DNA of 63,988 nucleotides, filler included, from Octopus bimaculoides (GCF_001194135.2; 4 parts of 4 records of this genome joined end to end with filler, not necessarily neighbours in it); one strand, 5' to 3'. Counted from the first letter of the whole stretch, positions 1 through 11,231 are shown. Translations and numbers: made by a program. The notes: generated from the letters alone by a model not told the origin.

Positions 1-190
1 TGGGGATCTTGTCGTGCCCAGGTGCCTTCCAGTTGCTTAGTCTTTGCATTGTCTGGGTGACCTCTTCAGTTGTTGTAGGGGTCCAGAGTTGCTCAGGTGC
101 TAAGTTCGTTGTTTTAATGGTCCTTTTCTGGGGTTGTTGCTTCACCGACCATATTTGTTTCCAGAATTCTTCCAGTTCTTCTGCTGCTGG
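1..190 (-). mobile_element. 5' end of a 5'-truncated R4/Dong-clade non-LTR retrotransposon (continues left of the window)
   Basis: Minus-strand translation gives PAAEELEEFWKQIW and, after a frameshift, TTTEEVTQTMQRLSNWKAPGHDKIP. These are the FW..IW and WKAPG.D motifs upstream of RT in R2/R4-type elements. Confidence 0.75.
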
Positions 191-318
191 CGCGCGGAGC
201 TACCGACGACGGCTTCGGCGCCGCCTCGCTACCGGAAAAGCACTAATCGACGCGCTAGTTAGCAGGCCGGAGTCTCGTTCGTTATCGGAATCAACCAGAC
301 GGATCGCTCCACCAATTA
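191..318 (-). pseudogene. 18S rRNA fragment (conserved core 255-318 plus GC-rich, probably V7 expansion, sequence 191-254); not a functional rRNA gene
   Basis: Reverse complement of 255-318 reads TAATTGGTGGAGCGATCCGTCTGGTTGATTCCGATAACGAACGAGACTCCGGCCTGCTAACTAG. The universal eukaryotic 18S segment is TAGTTGGTGGAGCGATTTGTCTGGTTAATTCCGATAACGAACGAGACTCTGGCATGCTAACTAG. V7 identity of 191-254 is inferred from position and GC content. Confidence 0.85.
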
Positions 319-323
319 GTGCA

Positions 324-324
<1 letters not shown>

Positions 325-400
<76 letters not shown>
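325..400. repeat. (TTA/TAA)n microsatellite separating two R4 copies
   Basis: About 25 perfect TTA units. Confidence 0.97.
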
Positions 401-401
401 C

Positions 402-1116
402 ATTGCCTTTGCACAGCTTCGAACACCAGAGATGTACTACGGTGTCAGCTGTTTACTACCAGTGAACGATGGTAACACCTCTTCTTTTTCGAGCACCTTC
501 CGGACTATTCGAGCGGTTCCAAGCAGTGCTGTTTTCTGCAAGTGCTCCACCCTTATTGCAGCCCCTATTCGTTTCATGTACCTTTCGAGATTTTTGCTCA
601 CTGTTCCCACGGCTCCGACAAATATTGGTACTACTGCTACCTTTTTCATCGACCACCACTGCTTAACCTCCCAAGCTAACCTGTCATATGTCTCGACTTT
701 TCTTTCATCTTTATCGCATACTTTGTTGTCAGCTGGGCATGCTACATCTATGATCCAGCATAGTTTGTTTTCTTTCTCAATTAAGACTATGTCTGGCTTC
801 CTATTGTCTATCTCATGGTCGCACTGAATCATAAAAACCCGTAGGATCTTTGCATTTCTATTTTCGACGATGCCTTCAAGTTTGTGGTCGTACCAATCTT
901 TTGCTCTGTCAAGTCCGGTTTTAAATCATTTTTAGTCATCCATAGCCATTTTTTTTCTCTGTCTGTCTTATCTTCAACATCCCTATGAAATTGATCATGT
1001 ATTCTTTTCTTTACTCACCTATTTTCAGTTTCATTCGTTTTCAATGTCTTGTATAGTGCTTTATCTTTACAATCTTTCATCCTACCTTCTTACTTCTAAT
1101 AATAGCGGTTCTGTGG
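402..1116 (-). mobile_element. 5'-truncated, internally deleted R4/Dong copy (RLE endonuclease and 3' UTR)
   Basis: ORF 437-832 has KPDIVLI..WIIDVACP..DERKVETY..IFVGAVG (PD-D..K restriction-like endonuclease). Colinear with 1263-2145 of the neighbouring copy apart from a deletion. Bounded by TTA repeats on both sides. Confidence 0.9.
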
Positions 1117-1127
1117 TATTATTATTA

Positions 1128-1196
<69 letters not shown>
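1117..1196. repeat. (TTA)n microsatellite
   Basis: Near-perfect TTA array. Confidence 0.95.
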
Positions 1197-1197
<1 letters not shown>

Positions 1198-1199
<2 letters not shown>

Positions 1200-1238
1200 C
1201 GAGGAGCTGGCAGAATCATTAGCACGCCGGGCGAAAGG
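1198..1238 (+). mobile_element. Isolated tRNA-derived SINE head fragment
   Basis: GAGCTGGCAGAATCATTAGCACGCCGGGCGAAA matches the head of the longer SINE at 14869-15095 (CAGCTGGCAGAATCGTTAGCAACGCCGGGCGAAA). Confidence 0.65.
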
Positions 1239-1262
1239 TTTATTATAATAATTATTATTTTA

Positions 1263-4200
1263 TTGTCTTTGCACAGCTTCTAACACTGGAGATGTACTAC
1301 GGTGTCAGGTGTTCACTACTAGTGAATTAAGGTAAAACACCTTATTTTTCGAGCACCATCCGGAGTATTTGAGCGGTTCCAAGCAGTGCTGATTTCTGCA
1401 AGTGCTCCACCCTTATTGCCGCCACTATTTGTTCCATGTACTTCTCAAGATTTTTACTCACTGTTCCCAGAGCTCCGACAATTATTGGTACTGCTACCAC
1501 CTTTTTCAGCGACCACAACTGCTTAATCTCCCAAGCTAACCTGTTATATCTATCAACTTTTCTTTCGTCCTTATCGTATACCTTGTTGTCAGCTGGGCAT
1601 GCTATATCTATGATCCAGCATCGTTTGTTTTTCTTTCTCAATTAAGACTATGTCTGGTTTCCTATTCTGTATCTCATGGTCGCACTGAATCATAAAATCC
1701 CATAGGATCTTTGCATTATCATTTTAGATGATGCGTTTGGGTTTATGCTCAAACTCCGTTTTTGCTCTGTCAAATCCATATTCTTATATTCTTTCTGGGC
1801 TAGTGGCGTAATTGACTGGTAATATCCCATATGGTTTCACCATTTTGTCCAGAAATTCTGGACTTATCACTTTCTGATGTGTTGTCTATTCTGTATTTGA
1901 TGTAATTGGTTCTTAATGCTTGCTCTTGGGCAGCACAGATTAGAGCCTCAGTATCCGGTTTTAATTCACTTTAATCATCCATGACCACAGCCATCTTCTT
2001 CTCTGTCTGTCTCATCTTCAACATCCCTATGAAATTGTCCATGCATTCTTTTCTTTATCCACCTATTTTCAGTTTCAGTGTTTTATCTTTGTAATCTTCC
2101 ATCCTACACAAGTCTGACCTTCTTACTTTTAATAATAGCGTTTCTGTGGCATTTTCTTTTACATACCATGGCATTTGTTTTACATACTGTAGCATTTTTC
2201 TTACATGCTATGTTGTTTTCTTCTGCTCTAATGCTGTATTCGCATCCAATCAGTACTCATCCCCTTCTTTTTCTTGATACAGTCTGTCTGTGTCACTCTT
2301 TTTGGGTGGAGTATCCTATATCTAGTCAGCAAATTCCATGTCTTTCTCTGTAAGCTGTTTAGTTCGTCTACTGTCGATGCAGTATCAGTCTCAGTCTGAG
2401 CAAGTACTGCACCTTAAATTGTTTTGTCATTTCTTTTTCCATCAATTTATCCATTTCCAGTATCCCCTAGTACTTATAGCCCGTCTCTTCTATTTGCTTC
2501 ATAACTTCTTCCGACGATATCGCTAGCCCGTCCATACATCTGACTTTGCCTCTCTTCAAGACTAACATACCTTACTTTTTCAGTCCGAACTCTATTCTGA
2601 TACCAGCACTGAAAGTATACACCGTATCAACAAGGAAACTCACTTAGGATTCATCTTTACCATAAAGTTTGAGGTCATCCATGAATAGCAAATGGCTGAC
2701 TTTTTGTTGGTGGCTCTTGAATGCATACCCAGCCTTTGATTTCCTCAGAATCATTGTTAGTGGTATGATGCACAGTACAAAGATTTGTGGGGACAGGCAG
2801 TCCCCTTGGAAGATGCCTCTCCTGATTTCTATTGTCCCTAAACTTTTTCCATATGCTATCAGTTCCATCCGCCACTTCGCCATACTTTTTCTAAGCAATC
2901 TCTCAACATTCGATGCAATGCCAAATAGGTTCATACATTCCATAATCCAAGAATGTGGGATCATATCGTACGCCTTACGATAATTGATCCATGACATGGC
3001 TTAGTTAGTTTTCCTCCTCTTGCAGTCTCTAAGTACAGTTTTCTCTACCAGGAGTTGACCCTTGGTACTTCTGCACTTACGCTCGCACCACTTCTTTTCA
3101 TGTGGCAAGACTCCATTGCTTTTTTTTACCAGATGTTCGTAATTGACTCTGCGACTATTTCAGTCAATAATTTCCACATAAGTGGCAAGCAGGATATCGG
3201 CCTGTAATTCTCTACCGTAATGCCTTTTTCGATGTTTTTCAAGGATAGCACTGTCCTACCCATTGTCAATCATTCTGGTGTTACTTGGTCGGCATCTAAC
3301 AAGGTGTTGAGTAGTGCAGCTATTCGTGCATGACATTCACCAAATCTTTGATCCAGTAGTCTTGAACTCCATCTGGTCTCGAGGCCTTCCCGTTGCCCAT
3401 TCTTTTGTTGATCTCCTTCACTTCCCTAACTAAAATGACTAGTTCTGCTCTTTGTGGACAGACTATTGTTTGTTTTAGTTCTTGCAACCATTCAGCATCC
3501 CTCTTTTGCTCCCTGTCTTTGCTCCCAATGTCACTCCAGAACCTTTGGCTTTCAATGTTATTTGGTATCAACTTTTCATCTGTACACTCTCCATTTATTT
3601 CTTTGTAGAATCTCTTCTGATCTATTCTGAATAACCTATTCTGCTGGTATCCCTTCATTTTTTGGTCGTTTCTTACCATCTTCGCTTTCTTTGAGCAGGC
3701 CCTTTCTTTCAATATCATACTTCCTGTACAATGCCCTGTATTTTGTTCGCATTTAGGCTCCCCATTCTATTTTCGGTCTAATACAGAAATATCCTTCTAG
3801 GGCATATGTAACTCCACCTGTATTCTTCTTTTCCACCATGGATCTTTTCTTTTGTCACTCCCAATATATTTCACTTTCTTGACATCAACACCCACGTTTT
3901 CTGCTACAACAATACTTTCTGCCTTGATCAAGTTATTTGTTTCTGTGATGTCATTTGTTCTGATGTATTTCAGAATTTCATTCACATTTTTCATTTCTTG
4001 GTTCAATTTCCACCGATCGACCTTTTTAAGGTTGCAATTAGTATCGCTATCATTCTCCTGTGGCCTTGCCTTTATTCTGTCGTAGATTGCCTTTTGCCCA
4101 TCTGTCATGTCACCATTAATTTTATTGTCATCTTCCAGACCATCTATATATCTCTCATAGAGCAAGCTATCACTGTTCCTTTCCTGTGGTTTATTAGAGA

Positions 4201-4750
4201 TCTCACCGCTGTTTTTGCTATGAGACTACTTTTATCAGAAAGAACTGCATTTTCATCTTTTCCTCTGCTGCTGTTTTCCAATACCTGTCTTTTGATAGCT
4301 TCGAGCTCTACTTCTGTGAACTAACGATTTTTTCTTATTGCTCTAGCTTAAGCCGTGAGTTGAAACAATCCTCTTTCTCTCCATTGATCATACATACGTT
4401 GTCGGAATCCCCTAATATGAGCACCATTTTCGTCTACAGGGTTGCTCAAGTAGTAACATTCCATGACCACAGCGTTGACCTGTTTGTTCCATCTACACTG
4501 TGTGTACTGGTCCATTGCTGGGTAACGACAGGCTCAAGCCGGACCAGTGTCTCTGAGCCTGCCGGGTGCAATACTGTCACCTTCAAAGGCTTCAGTTTCA
4601 TTACCACCCTTTTTTTACAATATTTTGTCTTTTCACTGTCACTCATATGAAGTAGCGATTATCAGGTTGCGCAATTGCCAGTGTTTTAATTGTGACACCA
4701 TCAGTAGATGTATCATCGATTAGGGCATGGGAAGATTCCAACTGCTTCCG
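1263..4750 (-). mobile_element. Full-length but decayed R4/Dong-clade non-LTR retrotransposon (N-terminal domain, RT, CCHC, RLE)
   Basis: N-terminal WNKQVNAVVMECYYLSNP...RGFRQRMYDQWRERG (~4350-4500). RT: [48 protein letters not shown] (2644-3220). EALICAAQEQALRTNY plus a degenerate knuckle (~1830-1950). RLE: RNRKPDIVLIEK..WIIDIACP..IIVGALG (1342-1680). Many stops and frameshifts. TTA arrays at both ends. Confidence 0.92.
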
Positions 4751-4753
4751 TTA

Positions 4754-4754
<1 letters not shown>

Positions 4755-4824
<70 letters not shown>

Positions 4825-4845
4825 CATCATCATCATCATCATCAT
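4755..4845. repeat. (TTA)n followed by (TCA)n microsatellite at the R4 5' flank
   Basis: Read directly from the sequence. Confidence 0.95.
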
Positions 4846-5597
4846 TGATATTTTCATTTTTTGCTATTTGTCATTGTTAATATTTCCTGTGATCCGACAT
4901 GAGTTTTGGCTAATTGTCATTAATGCTTTCATGTTAGTACTAGGCTCCGGGTCTTATCTATAAGCGTAAACAATTTAACAGAGCACCGCTTCTGTAATTA
5001 TAAACAAATAAATGTGGTCAAACGAAAGAAAGAAACAAAAAACTAATATCCATCCCTATTTTTTCCGTGCGGGTGTATATTTGCTTAATGCCATGGGGAG
5101 GATATACATATATGTATCTGTTTAATGCCTTTGTGATCAATAATGACTAGTTTTTGTCGTTTACGTGTGTGCGTGCGCTTGTTTATACATTACTTAATGT
5201 TATTTTGAAATATTAAAATGTGTTCATGTAAAACTGGGGTGTATACGTAATTAATTAGTTTACGTACTTACGTGTTTGTGATGTGTACTTAATCGGGTAT
5301 AGTCCAATATGTACTTACTCGAATATAGTCCAACACTTTTAATGAGTATTATTTAGTCGGGTGTAGTCCAGCGCTTTTGTCAATGTAGCGAGCGTGTTGC
5401 ACGGGTGATGGAGGTGACACACAGTTAAAATATATCATTTCACTCGGAAAATAGAAGTAAATTTTAATAAGTATTACTTACTCGGATATAGTCGAACACT
5501 TTGTCAGTTATTTTAGGCTCCATTTGTTGCCTTTATTCCCAATGTTTTTGGATCGATTTCGTGTTTTATCGCTCTTACAATATTAAACGTCCCCGGT

Positions 5598-5654
5598 CTT
5601 CTTCTTCTTCTTCTTCTTCTTCTTCTTCTTCTTCTTCTTCTTCTTCTTCTTCTT

Positions 5655-5745
<91 letters not shown>
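5598..5745. repeat. Compound (CTT)n(ATT)n microsatellite
   Basis: Read directly; source of the poly-S/Y/R/I ORFs. Confidence 0.97.
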
Positions 5746-5746
<1 letters not shown>

Positions 5747-5849
5747 CAAAATCAATAGATTGAGATGTTTGATTTTTTTGTTACATCGAATAAGAATTGG
5801 AACATTTAGAAATTCTGGAAGTTACCTAAACAGTCCGGTGTCTAAGGAA

Positions 5850-6272
5850 AATCGTAATGTAAATTACAGCTCTTGCGTTTTATTCCTTCATACAATTGGC
5901 TTGTCAACCTTGTTACTTTCGCTAGACCCCAGTGTTGAGCCAAATTCTGTGCCAATGGATTTTGTACTATTCAAATACAAATCAGAAAATCGACATTGCT
6001 ATCAGTTAAAAAAACTTAATCGTTTTCATGCTAAAACCAAAAGTCATTTATCATTTCTGGAAACATGCAAACTAGAAAAAGTTATACCGGACGGTCTTAC
6101 ATCAAATATACCAATATGTGCATCCCAGCCTGACGATTCACTGCTTCAAAAGTTTAAATTGATTTTTGAGCGCAATTCATTTCACAGAATAGAAGCTATT
6201 ATTGAACAGAAAAGGAGTGAAGCGAAAGTGACAGAGAAACGAAAGCCTCAGTCATTTACAATGACAGACTAA
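5850..6272 (+). mobile_element. Probable N-terminal ORF fragment of a Penelope-like element
   Basis: KLNRFHAKTKSHLSFLETCKLEKVIPDGL resembles the H..FL..C....IP.GL motif at the start of PLE ORFs. No RT follows. Confidence 0.5.
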
Positions 6273-6329
6273 AATACGATCGATCTTTTCTAGCTTCTTT
6301 ACTTTTAAAAATGAAGAAGAGGGAAAGAC

Positions 6330-6535
6330 ATTTACTAATGAATAGAGGGAAAGTCTTTCATGTTTTTACGTTTTTATTCTGGGAGTTGTAGAACGATCGA
6401 TAAAATAAACTGATAGAATAAGTATCGGGTTTAAAAAAAAAAAGAAGTACTGGGGTCGATAATTTCGACTTAAATTCTTCAAAGCGGTGCTCCGTTATGA
6501 CCGCAGTCTACTGATTTAAACAAGTAAAAATAGAA
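6330..6535 (+). mobile_element. Degenerate SINE 3' fragment
   Basis: GATAGAATAAGTA...TGGGGTCGAT...GCGGTGCTCC...TGACCGCAGTC, the same tail as the SINEs at 9336 and 43558. Confidence 0.6.
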
Positions 6536-6723
6536 GATATATATATAAATTATTAAGGTGGCCATTCGCAATTTACAACTGAAAGGCAACATGTGTAGTC
6601 ATCACTAATTTGACGGAGAGTGCTAGTCAGCACCGGCATTGCTAGAAATAAGAGTCGAAACAACTCGTATCCACGTTAGAACACTTTTCTAACGACTGAC
6701 AACAGAAACAAGCTCCCTCTCAT

Positions 6724-6724
6724 G

Positions 6725-6785
<61 letters not shown>

Positions 6786-6786
6786 G
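6724..6786. repeat. (TATC/GATA)n microsatellite next to the RTE 3' end
   Basis: Read directly from the sequence. Confidence 0.95.
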
Positions 6787-6799
6787 TCTCTCTGATAGC

Positions 6800-8725
6800 T
6801 TCTCTATTCGTGAACGACAAATGAGGGTTCAGTGAAATAAAGCGGTAACCATGTTCTCAGGACACGAATGTGTCCCTTGTGGCTTGCTGCTTGCCTTGCA
6901 AATCTTTTGGCAAATAGAACAAGTTGAGGACTCAGTTTGCTCGAGTGCTTGAGAATCGTTTGCTATATATTTTTGTGATGGATGGCAAGGCCTGCTTTTC
7001 TTTTGTGCCACAAAACCACAATGACAGGCAAGTTTCCCATTTAGAGAAGCACCGTTTTTCCAGTGTGCCCTCAAGTTGGTTCCAATGTTGGAGTCAACTT
7101 TGCTCAAATCTTTGATCTGAAGAGAAGCTGGAATGGCGCCAGGTTCTGCATTCTGATGCTTTATTTTCGCAGAAAGAAAAAGGACTGTTGCATCGCTTCA
7201 GATTGTCATTTAGTTTGTCTTTGAAGTGCGAGAGTGGCCTTCTAGTTGGAAATTGGCCAAAGAGAACTTCGGAATACCGATATCACTCAAACATGAGAGA
7301 TGACTTGACCATCTAAGCTGTATTTTGATGAGAATACCTGATGTGTTGCATTTTGCTTGCACCTTACTCTTACGAATATGGTCATTCGCTTATATTTTGG
7401 CGGTAGTACGCAAACATTGCATATGAAAAGCGTCAATCTGGTTGATGTGCTTTCGGTAAAAGGTCCGAGATTCAGCACTGTAAAGCATTGATATCAAAGC
7501 CACCGACTTATATACATTGATCTTCCCTTCCAACGAAGGCTTCTCCAAATCCTGTGATAAAGCTTACCAAAGCAGAGCTAGCCTTTCCGATTCTGGACGA
7601 CTCAGTTTCTTTATCCATCTTAACAATGGAACCAAAATAAGTGAAGGAGGAAACAATTTTCAATACTTTCCCTTCAACATATACAGTAGGGGTCACAGCA
7701 GGAGGATGGTCACGAATGGGCCAATGAACAAGCTCAGCTTTCTTGATGTTGATGTCAGGCCAAAAGCTTTCAATGCATGCGAGAAGTTGTTTAGAATCCA
7801 TTGCATGTCCTCAAAGTGTGTGCTTACAAGTGCACAATCGTCTGCGAAGAGTAAATCTCGAACTGTTTGTATCAAACTCTTAGTTTTGGCTTTGAAGCGC
7901 TGTTGGTTGAGCAAGTCACCACTAGTTCTGTACTCCTTCCTGAACACCCTCGAACGCTGTTTCCAACATGGCAGAGTAATACAAAGCAAATAAGAGCGGT
8001 GCAAGAACAAAGCTTTGTTTTGTCTAATTTGAGGCTGTAACTACATCGGACACTTCTTCGCTAGATCTAGCAGAAGCCATCATCTCTTGATGGAAAGAAG
8101 TGATGACATTGAGTATCTTTTCTAGAACAGTTAGCATTCTAAGGACAACCCAAAGAATATTCCTAGATACAGTGTCGAAAGCTTTTGTTAGATCTACAAA
8201 AATGATAAAAAGGTCTCGGTTGTGTTCACTAACCTTCTCCTACATTTGTCCTAGGCTGAAGATCATATACACTGTGCCTCTATCATACCGAACCCACACT
8301 GAGATTCAGGCAACACTGAACTGGCAAGGGCATTATTTAGTCTGTTTATGATAAGACTTTCAAGGATCTTCCCGGCAACACACAAAAAGGAGATATCTAT
8401 ATGGTTGTCACATTCATATTTGTTGCCTTTGTGCTTATAAAGATGGACAATACAACCGTCTTCGAACTCCTGTGGGGCTGATCCTGATTCCCAGATTAAG
8501 GCGGAGAGTTCACATAATTTGTGTAGGAGATTGCTACCACATTTATATTTCTTCTGGGATACCATCATTCCCCGACGACTTTCCATTCCTGAGCTATTTA
8601 ATGACTTTTTTTTAAATCTCAGATTTGATGGAGCAACTGACAGTTCTTCGAGGACAGGCTTCTGTGGAAGGTTGTTGATCGGTTCTTCATCAGCAGTTGA
8701 GTCTATATTCAGAACATTTGAAAAA
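6800..8725 (-). mobile_element. 5'-truncated, decayed RTE-clade LINE (RT and C-terminus)
   Basis: IWESGSAPQEFEDGCIVHLYKHKGNKYECDNH..ISFLCVAGKIL...LPESQCGF; RTSGDLLNQQRFKAKTK...LLFADDCAL; INIKKAEL; IGKASSA. This is an RTE/BovB-type RT signature with many frameshifts. Confidence 0.88.
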
Positions 8726-8789
8726 TGCTCTGCCCAACGCTTCGGAATCTTTTTGTCTCTCTAAAAAACCCATCAAAAGCTTATCCTTA

Positions 8790-9335
8790 ATTGAAAATAT
8801 GAAAACGGGAAACGAAAAAGTAAAAGTCAAAAATCAAAAGTTAAAAGTAAAAAGCAAAAAGAAAGTAAAAGAGTTATCCTCCTTAGACCTTAAATTATAA
8901 GGCTGAAAAGATATCAACGAGTTAATCAGGTATAGGCGAAATTTTTCAATTCTTGAGAATGTACTTAGACATATGTTTACAACCGCTGAAAATTTCAGAC
9001 CTAGAGTTCAGTAGTGAGTTAAGGATCTTAGATCTGTAAAGGATATGAATTGTTTTAGCGAAACATAGCTTATATTTATTTGATCCATTAACGTAAGATG
9101 TAGATTTTTCAACTATTTTCCATTTAATCACATGTGGTGTTGCGGTAGATTTAAATTTCAAAATTTCAAACTCCATGTGTGGTTAGGGAACTTAGTAGCT
9201 TTGCTATTGTCCTTATGTCGGAAGGAGGCTATGTGGTTGGCATAGCGATTTTTAAATTCTCCTCCGCATAGTTCAATACAGGTCTTCTTATCTCTTGCAA
9301 CGTTGCAGTAACTAGGTCTGAAATTTTCAATGATT
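8790..9335 (-). mobile_element. Penelope-like element 3' fragment (GIY-YIG endonuclease C-terminus and 3' UTR)
   Basis: KTCIELCGGEFKNRYANHIASFRH followed by IKWKIVEKSTSY...KLC...ILYR...LLNSRSEIFSGCKH, the typical PLE GIY-YIG C-terminal pattern. Confidence 0.75.
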
Positions 9336-9481
9336 TGGCTGTGTGGTAAAAAGCTTTCTTCTCAACCACATGGTTCTGGGTTCAGTCCCACTGCGTGGCA
9401 CCTTGGGCAAGTGTCTTCTACTATAGCCTCGTGAGTGGATTTGGTAGGCGGAAAGTGAAAAGGAAGCCCGTCGTGTGTGTG

Positions 9482-9523
<42 letters not shown>

Positions 9524-9728
9524 AGTGTGTATGTGTGTGTGTGTCTTTGTGTCTGTGTTTGTTCCCCCACCATCGCTTGGCTACCGCTGTTGGTGTGTTT
9601 AAGTCCCTGAAACTTAGCGGTTCGGCAAAAGAGAACGATAAAATAAGTACTAGGCTTACAAAGAATAAGTCCTGTAGTCGATTTCATCGACTAAAGGCAG
9701 TGCTCCAGCATGGCCGCAGTCAAATGAC
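9336..9728 (+). mobile_element. tRNA-derived SINE with internal (TA)/(TG) microsatellite
   Basis: A-box-like TGGCTGTGTGG, B-box-like GGTTCAGTCCC, CCTTGGGCAAGTG core and a GCAGTCAAATGAC tail; many copies in the window. Confidence 0.85.
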
Positions 9729-10449
9729 CAGATTAACTTATCCTTCCAGCCTTATAATTCAAGGAGATTAAATATTTTACCTCTTTTTTTTTTACTTCTG
9801 ACCTTCACTTTTCCGTTTTCTGTTTTTTTAACCTTTCACGTTTTCTATATGTATCCTTCTCAACTTTGTTTTTAGTTATGATATGTGGTTTGTGCCTGAT
9901 GAATATATTTGAGGTATTTCTCAACACATGGAACTATTAGTAGTACAAAAAAAAAAAAATAACATGTATTGCGTCTATTAAATAATATTTATCTCTCACT
10001 ATATGGAGTACTTATTGTTGATCTTACCATCACGGCAATATAAAAAGCTGAAATTCACTTTTACGTTGTTGTAGATATCTGAGTACAGGCTTTAGCGGAG
10101 AGCAAAAACACAACGTGAAAAGAAACAGAAGGTAAAAACAACGGAAGGCAAAAACCAACTTGGGTAAATCGTACAAATTGTAAACTTATCCTCATCCTGC
10201 AAAACACAATCTAAACATTATTACGTTAGATCTTGTAATCTAACGTAATAATAGATTACAAGATACAAAGTAATTAGCAGACCCAGTAATTTAAATTTAT
10301 GGAATATCATTGATGCAATTATTAAGTGGTTTTAATGGCATTGAATAGAAACACCACAACCATCATTGAATTCAATGACGCTGATTATTATTATCTACAT
10401 GAAAAGGTATTCTGTATTGATACCAACCCTATGACCAATTCACCTTCCA

Positions 10450-11120
10450 CTTCTCAAACATGTGCGACATGTGAGAATCTATCGCCAACCAGATCCCACA
10501 CAACACCTCGTATTCACACACAAACCATATGCACTATGTCTCTCGAAATACAAATTTCTCAAACACTCACTGTCCATGATTCACTTGATTTAAACTTCAT
10601 TCCAGCAGGCAGTGTCTGTATGCACGAAGGCTTCCCCTTTTCTGTTTCTCAATTTCCGCTCCTGAATTTCAGCACCTTGTATGAGTGAAAATCTCTTTTT
10701 TCCTCTCTCATCCATTTTCCTCCACCAAATATTTGCTCCCGCTAACGCTCTCTAGACTTCTCAAGCCACCAACAACTCTTTGACCATAACCAACCTGAAT
10801 TGAAGACATTGGTCTCGTCTGTCATCACTCCAAAATAATCGTTGGTGACTTCAACATCATGATAGCCACACTCAATTTGCACAGATGCTGCCAAACACAT
10901 GCAGCCTCTTTCTTCTAGCCTAACATTTACGAAATCATATTCGTCACAATCATCTTTCCACACATAGTCAGCCTCGATGCATCGAACTTCACCGGCCTCG
11001 TACTAACCACACGATTTGTTTTACCACCTCAGAACATTGGCTTTTTGAATTCCCTCCCTTTTGTTGTCTTTCCTGCTAGTAACAGTTTAAATGGAAGCTT
11101 AACAGCATCAATCTCACCAA
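10450..11120 (+). mobile_element. Highly decayed LINE fragment, probably AP-endonuclease region
   Basis: Plus-strand frame around 10810-10860 gives HSKIIVGDFNI (GDFN APE motif); the rest is degenerate. Confidence 0.4.
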
Positions 11121-11231
11121 TCTTGGAGTGTCTGCAATGGGCTGTCGCTTCTTCAAGACGTACTAGGTGTGTGTGTATGTGTGTGTGTGTGTGTGTGTTT
11201 GTGTGTGTATGTATGTATATACATATATATA

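Noticed and set aside
191-318. An rDNA unit or functional 18S gene
   Set aside because: Only ~130 nt, bounded by a microsatellite and retrotransposon coding sequence; no other rRNA sequence nearby.
9-827. 272-aa plus-strand ORF and similar poly-I/L/Y/N/R/K/S ORFs throughout the track
   Set aside because: They are antisense to retrotransposon ORFs or read through trinucleotide microsatellites with no stops; not genes.
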